IMG/VR virus record: IMGVR_UViG_3300020171_000018
Coordinates: 1 to 64,000 of that record
Length of the DNA stretch: 64,000 nt
Source of the DNA: a virus
Direction: 5' to 3' (one strand)
Shown: positions 18,931-27,926 of the stretch, in pieces
How the letters are laid out: each line of letters begins with the position of its first letter
Numbering within the stretch: position 1 is the first letter of the stretch
The notes under the pieces: model-generated
What the model saw: only the letters and a program-made list of their open reading frames with translations
Database searches by the model: none
Told to the model about the DNA's origin: nothing
Made by a program: the position numbers and the translations under genes

Positions 18931-18968
18931 CCCCTCCTTTCCACACTGGGCCTATTGCCCATCAGACG

Positions 18969-19460
18969 TTACTCCGCCCAACCAGCAGGTGTGTGAACCC
19001 GGCCAGTGTCCCTGTCCACCACTGAGATGATGCGCCCCCGCTCGTCTCGGTCTACTAGGAATCGGTCTGGTTGTTTGCTCAGGGACAGGGTTTGCTCCCA
19101 CTCAGCGTTGAAGGCGTTGAATCGGTCTGGCTGGCCTAGCAGCAGCGATCCCAGCATGGCCTTGGCCTTGGCCCGCCAGCAGGTGCAGCGGTTGGACAGG
19201 CTGGCCATCATTCCGCAATCCCTAGCGTGGTCATACCGTCCCTGCTCCAAGGCACCATGCAGTATCATTTGGAGCGTCGGCCCGTCCACCTGTACGGCGT
19301 CGGCGTTGGCGCCAGCCACGTTGCCTGCTAGGTGCTCCGCTAGAGTTGGCGCATCTAGGACGAACATATCGCCTAGTTTGTGAACCAATATTTGCCGCTC
19401 GAACCAGGCGGCGTCGGGCACACGCTGGACTAGGGTGATGGACGGGCGCTGCGTGCTCAT
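18969..19460 (-). CDS. Hypothetical protein
   Basis: ATG 19460 follows the upstream stop; HARDC..CTCW motif. Confidence 0.5.
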   Translation of the reverse strand: MSTQRPSITLVQRVPDAAWFERQILVHKLGDMFVLDAPTLAEHLAGNVAGANADAVQVDGPTLQMILHGALEQGRYDHARDCGMMASLSNRCTCWRAKAKAMLGSLLLGQPDRFNAFNAEWEQTLSLSKQPDRFLVDRDERGRIISVVDRDTGRVHTPAGWAE

Positions 19461-19461
19461 G

Positions 19462-19683
19462 CTAGTTACACTCCCTCTCCGCCCTGGCTTGCCTGATGGC
19501 CTGCACCGCAGCGGCGTAGGGGCAGTCCTTAGTGTGGGCAATAGTCGCGGGGGAACCTGCTCGGTTGCCGCATGTCACGCAGGTAGCTAGGTCGTCGGCC
19601 TTGAATCCCTGGGTGTAGCCGACGCAGCGAAAATAGAACCACTCTGCAGCCTCTAGGAGCGTCATGGTGCGCTCTGTGCTCAC
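19462..19683 (-). CDS. Small Cys/His-rich protein
   Basis: CVTCG...HTKDCP; AGGAGG RBS. Confidence 0.5.
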   Translation of the reverse strand: MSTERTMTLLEAAEWFYFRCVGYTQGFKADDLATCVTCGNRAGSPATIAHTKDCPYAAAVQAIRQARAERECN

Positions 19684-19880
19684 GAGTCCACCTCCTTCAG
19701 GATGCGTTCGAGGATCGAATACTCAGCGTCTTCATCTCCGGCACTATGCCCATCGAACCCCATCGAGCGAAGGTGTGCTAGGCGCTCGCACACCAGCCGC
19801 CCGATGCGCTCGTGGCGCTGGCGGAGGGCTTCGGTTCGCAATGAGTCTTGGTGCTGTTCCCAGAGTGGCTTGCTGGTCAT
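19680..19880 (-). CDS. Small hypothetical protein
   Basis: 66 aa, AAGGAGG RBS. Confidence 0.55.
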   Translation of the reverse strand: MTSKPLWEQHQDSLRTEALRQRHERIGRLVCERLAHLRSMGFDGHSAGDEDAEYSILERILKEVDS

Positions 19881-19889
19881 GCCGTCCCT

Positions 19890-20230
19890 CCTTACAGGCT
19901 GTGTGTCTTGGTCTCTTGTGCTGGGGTCCCACTGCGACGCCTTACCTCACGGCAGGTCGGATTCCAGGAGGGTAGCCCCCAGCGGGCTGAGGAGTCTTGG
20001 TAACGGTACTCCCCCACCGCCATGCCTTTACCTATCATGGCAGGCTGGGTCTGTCTTTGCCCCGTCCCCAGCGCGGGTCTGGCTGTACATGTTTGGGTGG
20101 GTTGGCCGATGTCCCACTTGCAGCACCACTCCATCAGGGGTGCCGAGCCTGCCGCTTGCGCCACTGGGAGGCAGGGTCTCCTTTTGGTGGTGGCCGCCAG
20201 TTGAGGGCTGGGTGTCCTTGCCTTCAACAG
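19890..20230 (-). ncRNA. Candidate structured RNA or long 5' leader (~340 nt)
   Basis: Chain of hairpins (20148-53/20170-75, 20019-24/20036-41, GUGA-loop stem 19941-55) between the promoter and the first RBS. Confidence 0.45.
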
Positions 20231-20235
20231 TTATC

Positions 20236-20264
20236 ACATTATCAGGAATTGCTTTCCCTGTCAA
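20236..20264 (-). promoter_or_regulatory. sigma70-type promoter upstream of the array/RAMP operon
   Basis: TTGACA-17 nt-TAATGT. Confidence 0.65.
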
Positions 20265-20373
20265 GACCCTCCACCCCCCAATTTAGCCCCAGTTTCCCAA
20301 CTCCCTCTCCCCCCTACACCCCTTTCCTGATAAGGGGGCTTATCAACACCCCTTGAACTCTCCGTCCTCCCCC

Positions 20374-20763
20374 TCATTCCCCTCTCGGAAGGCCGTTCTG
20401 CGGAGGAAGGGCCCCGCTGTGCTCTATATGCCGCTTGAGGCGCCAGCAGGCATTCCGCGCTATCTGACGAACCCTCTCCCTGCTAATAGTGGCTCCTGTT
20501 GGCGCTACCGGTTTAGAGAACTGGTTGTAGGGCAGTCTGGGGATCATTACCTTGATCTCGTTAAGCGTCTTGGGAGCTTGCCCATCCAGGCCAAAATACA
20601 GCGTCAATACCTGCCGCATCCGTTTGGGCAAACTCGCCAGCCCCTCCCTAAGCAGCTCTTCCAAGGCCTCTCCGCATGGATACTGGCCCTCGTGGACGTG
20701 CGCGACATACTGCATATGTTTGAACAGCCTCCTCCAGCATTCACCTGATACAGCGTCGGCCAT
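20374..20763 (-). CDS. Stand-alone sigma70 region-4 HTH protein
   Basis: LASLPKRMRQVLTLYFGLDGQAPKTLNEI...ISRERVRQI, with an insertion in the HTH turn. Confidence 0.8.
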   Translation of the reverse strand: MADAVSGECWRRLFKHMQYVAHVHEGQYPCGEALEELLREGLASLPKRMRQVLTLYFGLDGQAPKTLNEIKVMIPRLPYNQFSKPVAPTGATISRERVRQIARNACWRLKRHIEHSGALPPQNGLPRGE

Positions 20764-20789
20764 TTTTACTTCCTTCCCTATCCGTTGGG

Positions 20790-21629
20790 TTAGGCACTCC
20801 CGCCGCGCTCCCTGCTGGCCTCAATGCCCTGTTCGACCTCTGCCAGCTCCTCCAACGACTCCCCATCCCTGAACACTACTAGCTCCTCCCCCGCCAACCC
20901 CTCCCCCGCCAGCCCCCGCTCCACCAGTTCTCGCTCTGCCTCCATCTCGTTTATGCGGTAGTACGCCCCCCGAACCCCGCCGGAGAACATGCTCTCAGTC
21001 TTACACTTGAGGCAGACCCCGGAGCAGGCCCCGTTGGCGTCGTAGGGACTGCTAAGACGCCAGTGATGGGGGGTTCCGTCCGGGCAGAAGTGCCTTGGGT
21101 CTGTCTTGGGGTCTGTCCTGAGGTCTGTCTTGCCCAGCCCGCCCTGCTTGTCAGTGGTTCGGGGCTGGGGCACCCCTGTGGGTCTCCGTGCCTTAGCGCC
21201 CTTACGACGCCTATATGGAATGAAGTACCCGGTCATCAAACGCCTCCAAGTGTGATAGATGTGATAGAGCATCAGGTCCCAAACAGCCACCCACTGGGGC
21301 CTTTTAGAACGCCTGACCTGTTCTACCTGAGCCAAGACCGAGAACAGCAGGCCCCGGTGGTAGAGGAGCTGGTCAACCCAGGATTGCCTCTCTGCCAGCC
21401 TGCAGACCTTCACATGGGCCTCGATGACCCCCTCAGACTGCTTGCTGGGTTGGGTCCACCCGTGGAACAGCAACTCCCCACAGTATGGGCAGGAGAACCG
21501 AAGCCAGCCCCGGCCAGAGGACAGACTGACCTCTACGCGGGGGGTTCGAATGGATCCCAACTTTGACCTGCTACGGGTTGGCATGGGCCTGTTGCTCCCC
21601 GTTGCTCTGGTACAGGCTGAGCGCCCCAA
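20790..21629 (-). CDS. Zn-finger-containing hypothetical protein
   Basis: CPYCG..H..VC and HHWRL..CLKC motifs; start uncertain. Confidence 0.5.
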   Translation of the reverse strand: MGRSACTRATGSNRPMPTRSRSKLGSIRTPRVEVSLSSGRGWLRFSCPYCGELLFHGWTQPSKQSEGVIEAHVKVCRLAERQSWVDQLLYHRGLLFSVLAQVEQVRRSKRPQWVAVWDLMLYHIYHTWRRLMTGYFIPYRRRKGAKARRPTGVPQPRTTDKQGGLGKTDLRTDPKTDPRHFCPDGTPHHWRLSSPYDANGACSGVCLKCKTESMFSGGVRGAYYRINEMEAERELVERGLAGEGLAGEELVVFRDGESLEELAEVEQGIEASRERGGSA

Positions 21630-22041
21630 AGAGTTCCAGCGTAGTTCCGCACAGGAAGTCGGCCAGCCCGTACATCACGTCCCACTCTCCAACCACCCAT
21701 CCACCCTCTGGGGCCAGTATCCATAACCCCTTGCCTTGGCCCTTGGCATACCCTCCCTCGAGGTGAGCAGACTTCCCAGAGGGCAGGATCAGTACCACCC
21801 CATCACACCAGTCCAGCCACTTCTTGTCTTCGTAGTAGGCGTGCTGGGCCTCGGGCTGGAACAGGAACTCGGGGGCGGTTAGCCGGCCCCCATCAGGGAG
21901 TTCCTTGACCGCACTGAACACGTATCGGCCAGTGGATGTGTCGCAGAAGCAGTCAACCTCATGGCCTTTGCTGCGAAGGAGTTGAGCGAGGGCCAAGACG
22001 CGGGACTCGTTCCTCCAACTGCTAGCGATGTAGAGTCTCAT
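21571..22041 (-). CDS. Nucleoside 2-deoxyribosyltransferase-like protein
   Basis: MRLYIASSWRN...DKKWLDWCDGVVLILPSGKSAHLEGGYAKG; GAGG RBS. Confidence 0.7.
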   Translation of the reverse strand: MRLYIASSWRNESRVLALAQLLRSKGHEVDCFCDTSTGRYVFSAVKELPDGGRLTAPEFLFQPEAQHAYYEDKKWLDWCDGVVLILPSGKSAHLEGGYAKGQGKGLWILAPEGGWVVGEWDVMYGLADFLCGTTLELFGALSLYQSNGEQQAHANP

Positions 22042-22273
22042 GCTACCCTCTGACCTGTTCTTGAGCCTTCTTGCCCCTCCAAGGGCACTTTCTACACGCC
22101 CAATCCTGCGTCCGCTGGCGCCACTCAACGAGGGCACCGCAGGCCGGGCACTTGGGCCTGCCTGGAACCTCTGAGGCAACTGTGGTCTTATTCACGGGTC
22201 AACTCCCCTTCTTGAAAATGAGGTAGAAGCAGTGTTTCCTTCCTAGCCAACTTGTCTCGTCTAATGAGCGCCA

Positions 22274-22552
22274 TTAGCTAGCTGCTGTTTCCAAGAGACT
22301 CCATATTGGGTTCTCCTTCAGTCCCATCCTACACCCATAGATTTTGCTGTGGTCGAAAGCCCCCTCCTTGAAAATGAGTCTGCCAATTTGGATACCATCG
22401 GGATTGGTCACAAATACACTCCCCCACATAGGCGTCCCGTAGTATGGTAGTCGTGAGCCGACTTTGCCAACGGTGAAGCGGTAACTTGGGAACTCTTGCC
22501 CCAAAGATAGGGCCTTCGCCTGCATTGAGTCCTCGCACTTGTGCCAATCCAT
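22274..22552 (-). CDS. Hypothetical protein
   Basis: 92 aa, AAGGAG RBS. Confidence 0.5.
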   Translation of the reverse strand: MDWHKCEDSMQAKALSLGQEFPSYRFTVGKVGSRLPYYGTPMWGSVFVTNPDGIQIGRLIFKEGAFDHSKIYGCRMGLKENPIWSLLETAAS

Positions 22553-22632
22553 ATCATATCTCCTTACGGTACTTGTACTTCCTCTCAGTGGAATCCCACT
22601 CTATGTAACCCTTCGAGACCGCCCCGCTTGCC

Positions 22633-22971
22633 CTATCCATGAGCCGGATCTTCGGGCTTGACCGCTGCTCCGGGTATGGGGTTGCCACGAAACCTGTTTG
22701 CGGCCAACTTGCTGGCGGGGCGGTAAGAGATGCTGTCTCCCCTTGCACCCTCTGGCAGGTCTGACGGCTTAGCAATCCTGACAAATGACTCGCTGGGCGC
22801 TTGGATAGGATAGCGGGTCAGCAGGTACTTCCCCGTTGCGGGCCCGGCTGTGACCTGGGCAAGGAGGCATAGCGTACCCTTGCTGCGCCAAGTCTTAACC
22901 ACCGCAGTGGAGGCGTAGTAGCCACTCGGAGCGAAGTCAGCCTTTTTTAGGTCTCGCAGTCGAATGGTCAT
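22633..22971 (-). CDS. Hypothetical protein, first gene after the leftward promoter
   Basis: 112 aa, AAGGAGG RBS. Confidence 0.55.
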   Translation of the reverse strand: MTIRLRDLKKADFAPSGYYASTAVVKTWRSKGTLCLLAQVTAGPATGKYLLTRYPIQAPSESFVRIAKPSDLPEGARGDSISYRPASKLAANRFRGNPIPGAAVKPEDPAHG

Positions 22972-23032
22972 GGAGCCTCCTTGTACCCGTAGTCAGGCAT
23001 CTATCTCTCCCACTCTCGCCAGCGTTTCCCCT

Positions 23033-23061
23033 AGCATATCACCAACTGAAAACCCTGTCAA
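23033..23061 (-). promoter_or_regulatory. sigma70 promoter (leftward)
   Basis: TTGACA-17 nt-TATGCT with extended TG. Confidence 0.8.
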
Positions 23062-23099
23062 GGGGCCAAAACTCGTACAAAATTGGGGGGTAAAGGGTA

Positions 23100-23128
23100 T
23101 TGACATTGTGTGAAAGGGGGTGTACTAT
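23100..23128 (+). promoter_or_regulatory. sigma70 promoter (rightward)
   Basis: TTGACA-17 nt-TACTAT. Confidence 0.8.
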
Positions 23129-23168
23129 TTCAGTGTACAGCGAGAGAATAGAAGGAGGGGGAGCGGCA

Positions 23169-23378
23169 ATGAGGAAGACGATGCTGACAGTCCGGGAGCA
23201 AAGGTTCGTGAACAACTTTGTGGGGTCGGAAGCGGGCCCCTACTGGCGCGCCAACTTGGAGGCTGACCTCGCCAGCTACCGCTACCCCCACACAGCAGCG
23301 GTGAGGGCGACCGTTGCGCGGTTGCAGGAGCAATACAACGCCACGGGGGCTTTCACACCCCTGCCCGAAACAATCTAG
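23169..23378 (+). CDS. Small early protein
   Basis: AAGGAGG upstream of ATG 23169. Confidence 0.55.
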   Translation: MRKTMLTVREQRFVNNFVGSEAGPYWRANLEADLASYRYPHTAAVRATVARLQEQYNATGAFTPLPETI

Positions 23379-23453
23379 CAGAGCCACCCCTTGCCCAGCG
23401 CAAGGGGCTAATGCCCAGCCCGGTGGCAAGGCCGGGCAGAAAGAAGGAATGAC

Positions 23454-23711
23454 ATGGCGACAATGCAGGAGCGCATCAACAAGCAAGGGCAGGCGTACAT
23501 AGCGGGACTGGCAGCCACAGCCAAGAGTCTGTGGGCACTGGCCTGCAATGAGGATGGCATCCCGGTGGACAGCAAGTTCGCGGTCTTCTCGGACGGCAAC
23601 CGGGCAGCCAAGCTCCACGACAGGGCAATGCAGCAGTATTTCGAGGCTCGCCAACAGTACGCCGATGGGGGGTATGTCGGCCTGAGGATTGAGCAGGGCA
23701 GAGCAAAGTAG
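23454..23711 (+). CDS. Small early protein
   Basis: 85 aa; hairpin plus AAGGA leader. Confidence 0.55.
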   Translation: MATMQERINKQGQAYIAGLAATAKSLWALACNEDGIPVDSKFAVFSDGNRAAKLHDRAMQQYFEARQQYADGGYVGLRIEQGRAK

Positions 23712-23736
23712 GAACGCAGAAGAGGGAGGTAAGGCG

Positions 23737-23919
23737 ATGGGACACGGGCAACTCGGCTGCTACAGAGCAATCAAGGTGACGGCCCCTTGCGGTCATGTAC
23801 TCCTAGTGAGCATCCCCCCAACGCGGAGTGGGCAGCCTGGGGCAGCAGGCCGCCGAAACATTGAGAGGGCCAAGAACCGCCCATGCTGGAATTGCAGACA
23901 GATACACCCTGGTCTTTAA
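23737..23919 (+). CDS. Small Zn-binding protein
   Basis: CGH...CWNC; GGAGG in a repeated leader. Confidence 0.55.
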   Translation: MGHGQLGCYRAIKVTAPCGHVLLVSIPPTRSGQPGAAGRRNIERAKNRPCWNCRQIHPGL

Positions 23920-23947
23920 GGGGAACGCAGAAGAGGGAGGTAAGGCG

Positions 23948-24712
23948 ATGACATACAGGGAGCGCAAAGAGGCCAAGGCTGAGCGCCTCCGCGAGTGGGC
24001 GGCCAAGCGCAACGAGAAGGCCATAGCCGCCAGCGACAAAATGCACGCTATTATGGACAACATCCCCCTGGGCCAGCCAATCCTGGTCGGCCACCACTCC
24101 GAGGCCCATGCCCGACGCGACCAGGCCCGCATCGAAAGCAGCATGTCTGCTGTAGTGGAGAACACCCGCACGGCAGAGGCATTCGAGAGCCGCGCTGACA
24201 ACATCGAGAAGGCCCTGGACCGCTCCATCTACTCGGACGACGACAACGCCATCGCAGCTCTGGAGGCCCGCATAGCCCAGCATGAGCGGGAGCGCGACCA
24301 CATGAAGAACATCAACGGCCTTTTTCGCAAGGCTGACGTGGCAGGACTGGCCGCGCTGGGCCTGGACTATAGCACCCTCAAGGCCAAGGTGGACAAGGCG
24401 TACTCTTGGGAGAAGTCGCCCTACCCTGGATGGGCGCTGACCAACCTGGGCGCCCGCATTCGCACGGACAAGGAGCGCATGGAGACCATCAAGGCGCAAT
24501 CGGCCCGCCACGAGCAGGCAGAGGCCAGCGGGGGCGTCACGGTGGAGGGTGCCGAGTGGGTGCGTGTGACGTTCGCAGAAAAGCCAGAGCGCGAAATCCT
24601 GACGGCTCTCCGAGCTGCCGGCTTTTACTGGGGAGGTGGTTCCTGGAACGGGCAGAGGGCCAAGATACCCACCTGTGTGCCCATAGCCCAAGAAGCCCAA
24701 AAGGAATCTTAG
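23948..24712 (+). CDS. DUF3560-like protein
   Basis: NIPLGQPILVGHHSEAHARRD signature; C-terminal VRVTFAEKP..LRAAGFYW. Confidence 0.8.
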   Translation: MTYRERKEAKAERLREWAAKRNEKAIAASDKMHAIMDNIPLGQPILVGHHSEAHARRDQARIESSMSAVVENTRTAEAFESRADNIEKALDRSIYSDDDNAIAALEARIAQHERERDHMKNINGLFRKADVAGLAALGLDYSTLKAKVDKAYSWEKSPYPGWALTNLGARIRTDKERMETIKAQSARHEQAEASGGVTVEGAEWVRVTFAEKPEREILTALRAAGFYWGGGSWNGQRAKIPTCVPIAQEAQKES

Positions 24713-24727
24713 AAGGAGATTGACACA

Positions 24728-24931
24728 ATGAAGCGTGAGTACATCATCTACGACTCAAGGCCCGCGTACTGCTTCGGCGGAGGGCACAAGTTCAACGCAT
24801 TCCCGACCCACAACCAGCCCTGGGAAGTCGTGAGGGAGTTCTTGCCGGCTGATGTGTGCAACTACGCTCGCACTATCGCAGAGAACAAGCCTGCGGCAGT
24901 CAAGGAGGCCAAGAGACGTTGGGCCAAGTAA
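24728..24931 (+). CDS. Small early protein
   Basis: 67 aa, AAGGAG RBS. Confidence 0.5.
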   Translation: MKREYIIYDSRPAYCFGGGHKFNAFPTHNQPWEVVREFLPADVCNYARTIAENKPAAVKEAKRRWAK

Positions 24932-24969
24932 CGCCCAGCCACGGCGAGACGTGGCGGAAAGAGGATAGC

Positions 24970-25155
24970 ATGATTGACGGAATGGCAGAAGCCAAAGCGC
25001 ACGAGAAGGCGCGAATCCACTCCAAGCACGGCCTAACGCGCTATGTGGTGTACGAGGGTGGCGAGTGGAGCACGGCAAGCGATTACGATATGGACACCTT
25101 CTACGCTGGCAATCAGCCAGTCGCCTGCTACGTGGACGGGAAACGCGATAGCTAG
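24970..25155 (+). CDS. Small early protein
   Basis: GAGGA RBS after a hairpin leader. Confidence 0.5.
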   Translation: MIDGMAEAKAHEKARIHSKHGLTRYVVYEGGEWSTASDYDMDTFYAGNQPVACYVDGKRDS

Positions 25156-25193
25156 CAGCCTGGTGGCAAGCCGAGGGGCGGAAAGAGGATACG

Positions 25194-25553
25194 ATGGCAA
25201 CGATGGCGGAACTGGTAGAGATATTCGGGGAGCCAATCTCCACCTACACCCGCGCCCAGGGCATCGAGGACGGCGTGTTGGTGGACGTGACCGAGTGGGC
25301 CAGCCCCCAACAGATGATGGGCGGATTCACGGTGCCCGTGGCAATGACGGCGGCTCTGTGGGCGAAGGTGGAGGCTCCCAAGGGCAGCCTACAGGACACA
25401 CGGGGTCGCGCCCATGACGTGCTCTGGCTGGCGAGCTTGGCAGTGCGGCGCGGGCGGGAATATTACAAGGTCAAGCTCGGAAACCGCGCACCCGTGCTCC
25501 GCGTGGTGGTGGACGGCGACGGCGTAACCATCGGATACCCAGACGACTTCTAG
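25194..25553 (+). CDS. DUF6573-like protein
   Basis: ISTYTRAQGIEDGVLVDV...PVAMTAALW...GRAHDVLW. Confidence 0.7.
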   Translation: MATMAELVEIFGEPISTYTRAQGIEDGVLVDVTEWASPQQMMGGFTVPVAMTAALWAKVEAPKGSLQDTRGRAHDVLWLASLAVRRGREYYKVKLGNRAPVLRVVVDGDGVTIGYPDDF

Positions 25554-25565
25554 GGGAGGTCTAAC

Positions 25566-26075
25566 ATGACCATCTATCGCACGAGAGGTCGCATTCGCCA
25601 GCGGGTTCGCACACTCGCCAAACTCGCAGGCATCGAGCCGCCCATCGTCGCCTTCTCACGAGCGGAGGTTCTGGCGCACCGCCCCGACATGGGAGACGCC
25701 CGGCGGTCAATGTTCACCAAACGCGACGACTGCTACGGACGGGCCTGTCACGCTATCCCCGCTATAGACAACTGCCCAACTCATCCAGCCTTGATATGGT
25801 TCTCTATGCCAGTTGCCGACAGCACGCTGGCGCACGAGGTCAATCATCTCAGGACGCGAACCAGCCACAACACCCAGACCTTTGACCGCCAAGTGGCCGC
25901 AATGGTGCGCGGCAAGGCCCCCACAGTCAAGTGGCATGATTACATCGTCACGGTTACTGTCTCGACGCGATACAAGGTGAGCGCACCATCACCAGCCGTC
26001 GCCAAGCAATCCTATAGGCGCGGCGAGGTACTGGACACCAAGCAGGCGCTGACCGCACGAAAGGGGGCAAAGTGA
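25566..26075 (+). CDS. HExxH (zincin-like) protein
   Basis: TLAHEVNHLR; GGAGG RBS. Confidence 0.55.
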   Translation: MTIYRTRGRIRQRVRTLAKLAGIEPPIVAFSRAEVLAHRPDMGDARRSMFTKRDDCYGRACHAIPAIDNCPTHPALIWFSMPVADSTLAHEVNHLRTRTSHNTQTFDRQVAAMVRGKAPTVKWHDYIVTVTVSTRYKVSAPSPAVAKQSYRRGEVLDTKQALTARKGAK

Positions 26076-26338
26076 GATGAACAGCATAAGATTCCGCTTC
26101 TGGGGCCTGCTGTTTAAGTTCTGGTATCGGCTGGGGGAGTACAGTGGCCGCCGCGCTCAGGGGTGCGTTGACAGGATGCCTTGGTCCAAGCCCAAGAAGG
26201 AGGCCCAGCCATGAGTTGCGTAGGACGCCTGATACTACGCCTCTGGACATTCGTCTACGGCCGTCCGGCCCACACTCCTGTTATCTGGGGCGGGAGGGTC
26301 ATAATCATTCCTAATGAGCAAGGGCGGCGAGGGCGGCG

Positions 26339-26995
26339 ATGAGCCTAGAGACTACCCTTCCAGCCAAGGTGCAAATAGCCAACCTCTTTGCCAACTCAGG
26401 TCCCCAGGTCTCATCTTGGGCCAAGCTGGGGCGCCTAGTCAACCCTCCCATCTCCCGTGAGCGGGCCAGGGTGATAGGTCGCATCCTTGGCCTCTCCCTG
26501 CCCGAGAAGAATAGCTCGCACCTGTGCCAGTCCTGCGGCACAAAGGTACACCGGGCATCCAACATCTGCCGGGCCTGCAACAGTCAGAAGAGGTTCGCGG
26601 ACTCCTCGGTGGAGCTCACCTGCACTGGCTGCGGTGTCATCAAGCGGGTCCTGAAGTCCTACGCACGGGAGCTGGAACGGAGAGGCCACAAACGGTTCTA
26701 CCATGACCGGGCCTGCTTCTTGGCTCACGGCGGCAGGCCCCCTAGTGGATCCGTGGCGTCCATGCAGACCATCAAGCCCGGGGAGGCCAGGCGCATTGAG
26801 CACCCAGATGTATCCTGCATATCCAGAAAGGCTCAGGGGCGGGGGTCTGGGTACATTTGCACTCTGGCCCATGCGTTCTATCGGACTGGGTGGAAAGGGG
26901 TGGTGTACCATGAGGGGGAGCATGTGGCGGTGGTAGTGAGGTTCCCAGAGTCAACCATTATCCCTTCATATGCCTATCTGGTTAACTCCCAATGA
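26339..26995 (+). CDS. HTH (sigma4-like ISRERAR) plus Zn-finger protein; C-terminus altered by an insertion
   Basis: SWAKLGRLVNPPISRERARVI; CQSC, CRAC and CTGC motifs. Confidence 0.6.
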   Translation: MSLETTLPAKVQIANLFANSGPQVSSWAKLGRLVNPPISRERARVIGRILGLSLPEKNSSHLCQSCGTKVHRASNICRACNSQKRFADSSVELTCTGCGVIKRVLKSYARELERRGHKRFYHDRACFLAHGGRPPSGSVASMQTIKPGEARRIEHPDVSCISRKAQGRGSGYICTLAHAFYRTGWKGVVYHEGEHVAVVVRFPESTIIPSYAYLVNSQ

Positions 26996-27787
26996 TACTA
27001 GGGGTAGTAGGAGGATGTAAACGATGAGAAACGATACGTCGAGTGCATCTCGGCATGGTAGAATCCTGGGTAACGGTATCCTGTTGTGGGGCGCAACCGT
27101 TATGATGATGGGGACGTTCTCAGCAGTATTCGCCTCTTACGCAGCAGGGGATATTGGATTCGGGCCAGCTATTGCCGTGGGACTCATTGCTGCTACGTTC
27201 TCTGCCTTACTGGCACTCTTTGGGGTACTCGGCGTGTGGTTGTGGCACCATTGGTTGCAGCCCAACCTGACATATGAGGTGCTCTTTCATCCGCATGTTG
27301 CTGGTGGGTGTGAATGGCCTCCAACGTCAGACCACGACATTCAATGGCAACAAAAGATGACTCGTCCTATTCCCGGGCCTCCTGATGGTGCTTTCATCTA
27401 TCTACGGCTTCGAGCAACAATGGGGGGCACCGTTCGGGATGTTCATGTGCAATTCGTCACGCGACATTGGAAGCTGCATCCATCCTTGTGGCAGTGGGAT
27501 GCAGCTACTCCCATTGTTGAACAACTTGAGGACCCCGTTACGGAGGGCAACCAAAGGGGTGGTCAAACGCTCACCTATAGCAAGCCAAAGGAACTGTCCA
27601 AAGGGGACTGCTTGTACCTTCGTCTAGTCGTTGCTGCTAGGAATCAATGGTCGGGCCACTTGGAGGTGAGTACACAGGCGGCCTATGGACAAAAGGGGTT
27701 CATACGGCGCTCCGTTACTTTGGTATAAGAAAAGGGTAACTGGCTCTACAAGGGGTGGTAGTCTTGGGAGTTAACCAGATAGGCATA
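26969..27787. mobile_element. Non-autonomous IS1595-like insertion cassette (819 bp) with one passenger gene
   Basis: Perfect 24-bp TIR TATGCCTATCTGGTTAACTCCCAA (26969-26992 / 27764-27787); 8-bp direct repeat TCCCTTCA (26961-68 / 27788-95); no transposase. Confidence 0.9.
27024..27728 (+). CDS. Passenger protein: two TM helices plus a beta-sandwich-like domain
   Basis: 234 aa, AGGAGG RBS, visibly lower GC than the flanks. Confidence 0.7.
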   Translation: MRNDTSSASRHGRILGNGILLWGATVMMMGTFSAVFASYAAGDIGFGPAIAVGLIAATFSALLALFGVLGVWLWHHWLQPNLTYEVLFHPHVAGGCEWPPTSDHDIQWQQKMTRPIPGPPDGAFIYLRLRATMGGTVRDVHVQFVTRHWKLHPSLWQWDAATPIVEQLEDPVTEGNQRGGQTLTYSKPKELSKGDCLYLRLVVAARNQWSGHLEVSTQAAYGQKGFIRRSVTLV

Positions 27788-27926
27788 TCCCTTCAAACCC
27801 CTTCTAACACCCCCTGAAAACCAGTACCGCCAATAGTGGCCCAGGCTATCAGCGGCACCGGAAGGAGGGTCGCCACGAAGCGGCGAGGATGAATGCTAAG
27901 TAGGCGCTACTGCCATTGGCTCCTTC

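Noticed and set aside
18054-19025. ORFs 18054..18443, 18085..18330, 18544..18759 and 18705..19025 as real genes
   Set aside because: Low-complexity G/R- or P-rich translations without RBSs; a 5-nt period does not fit codon structure
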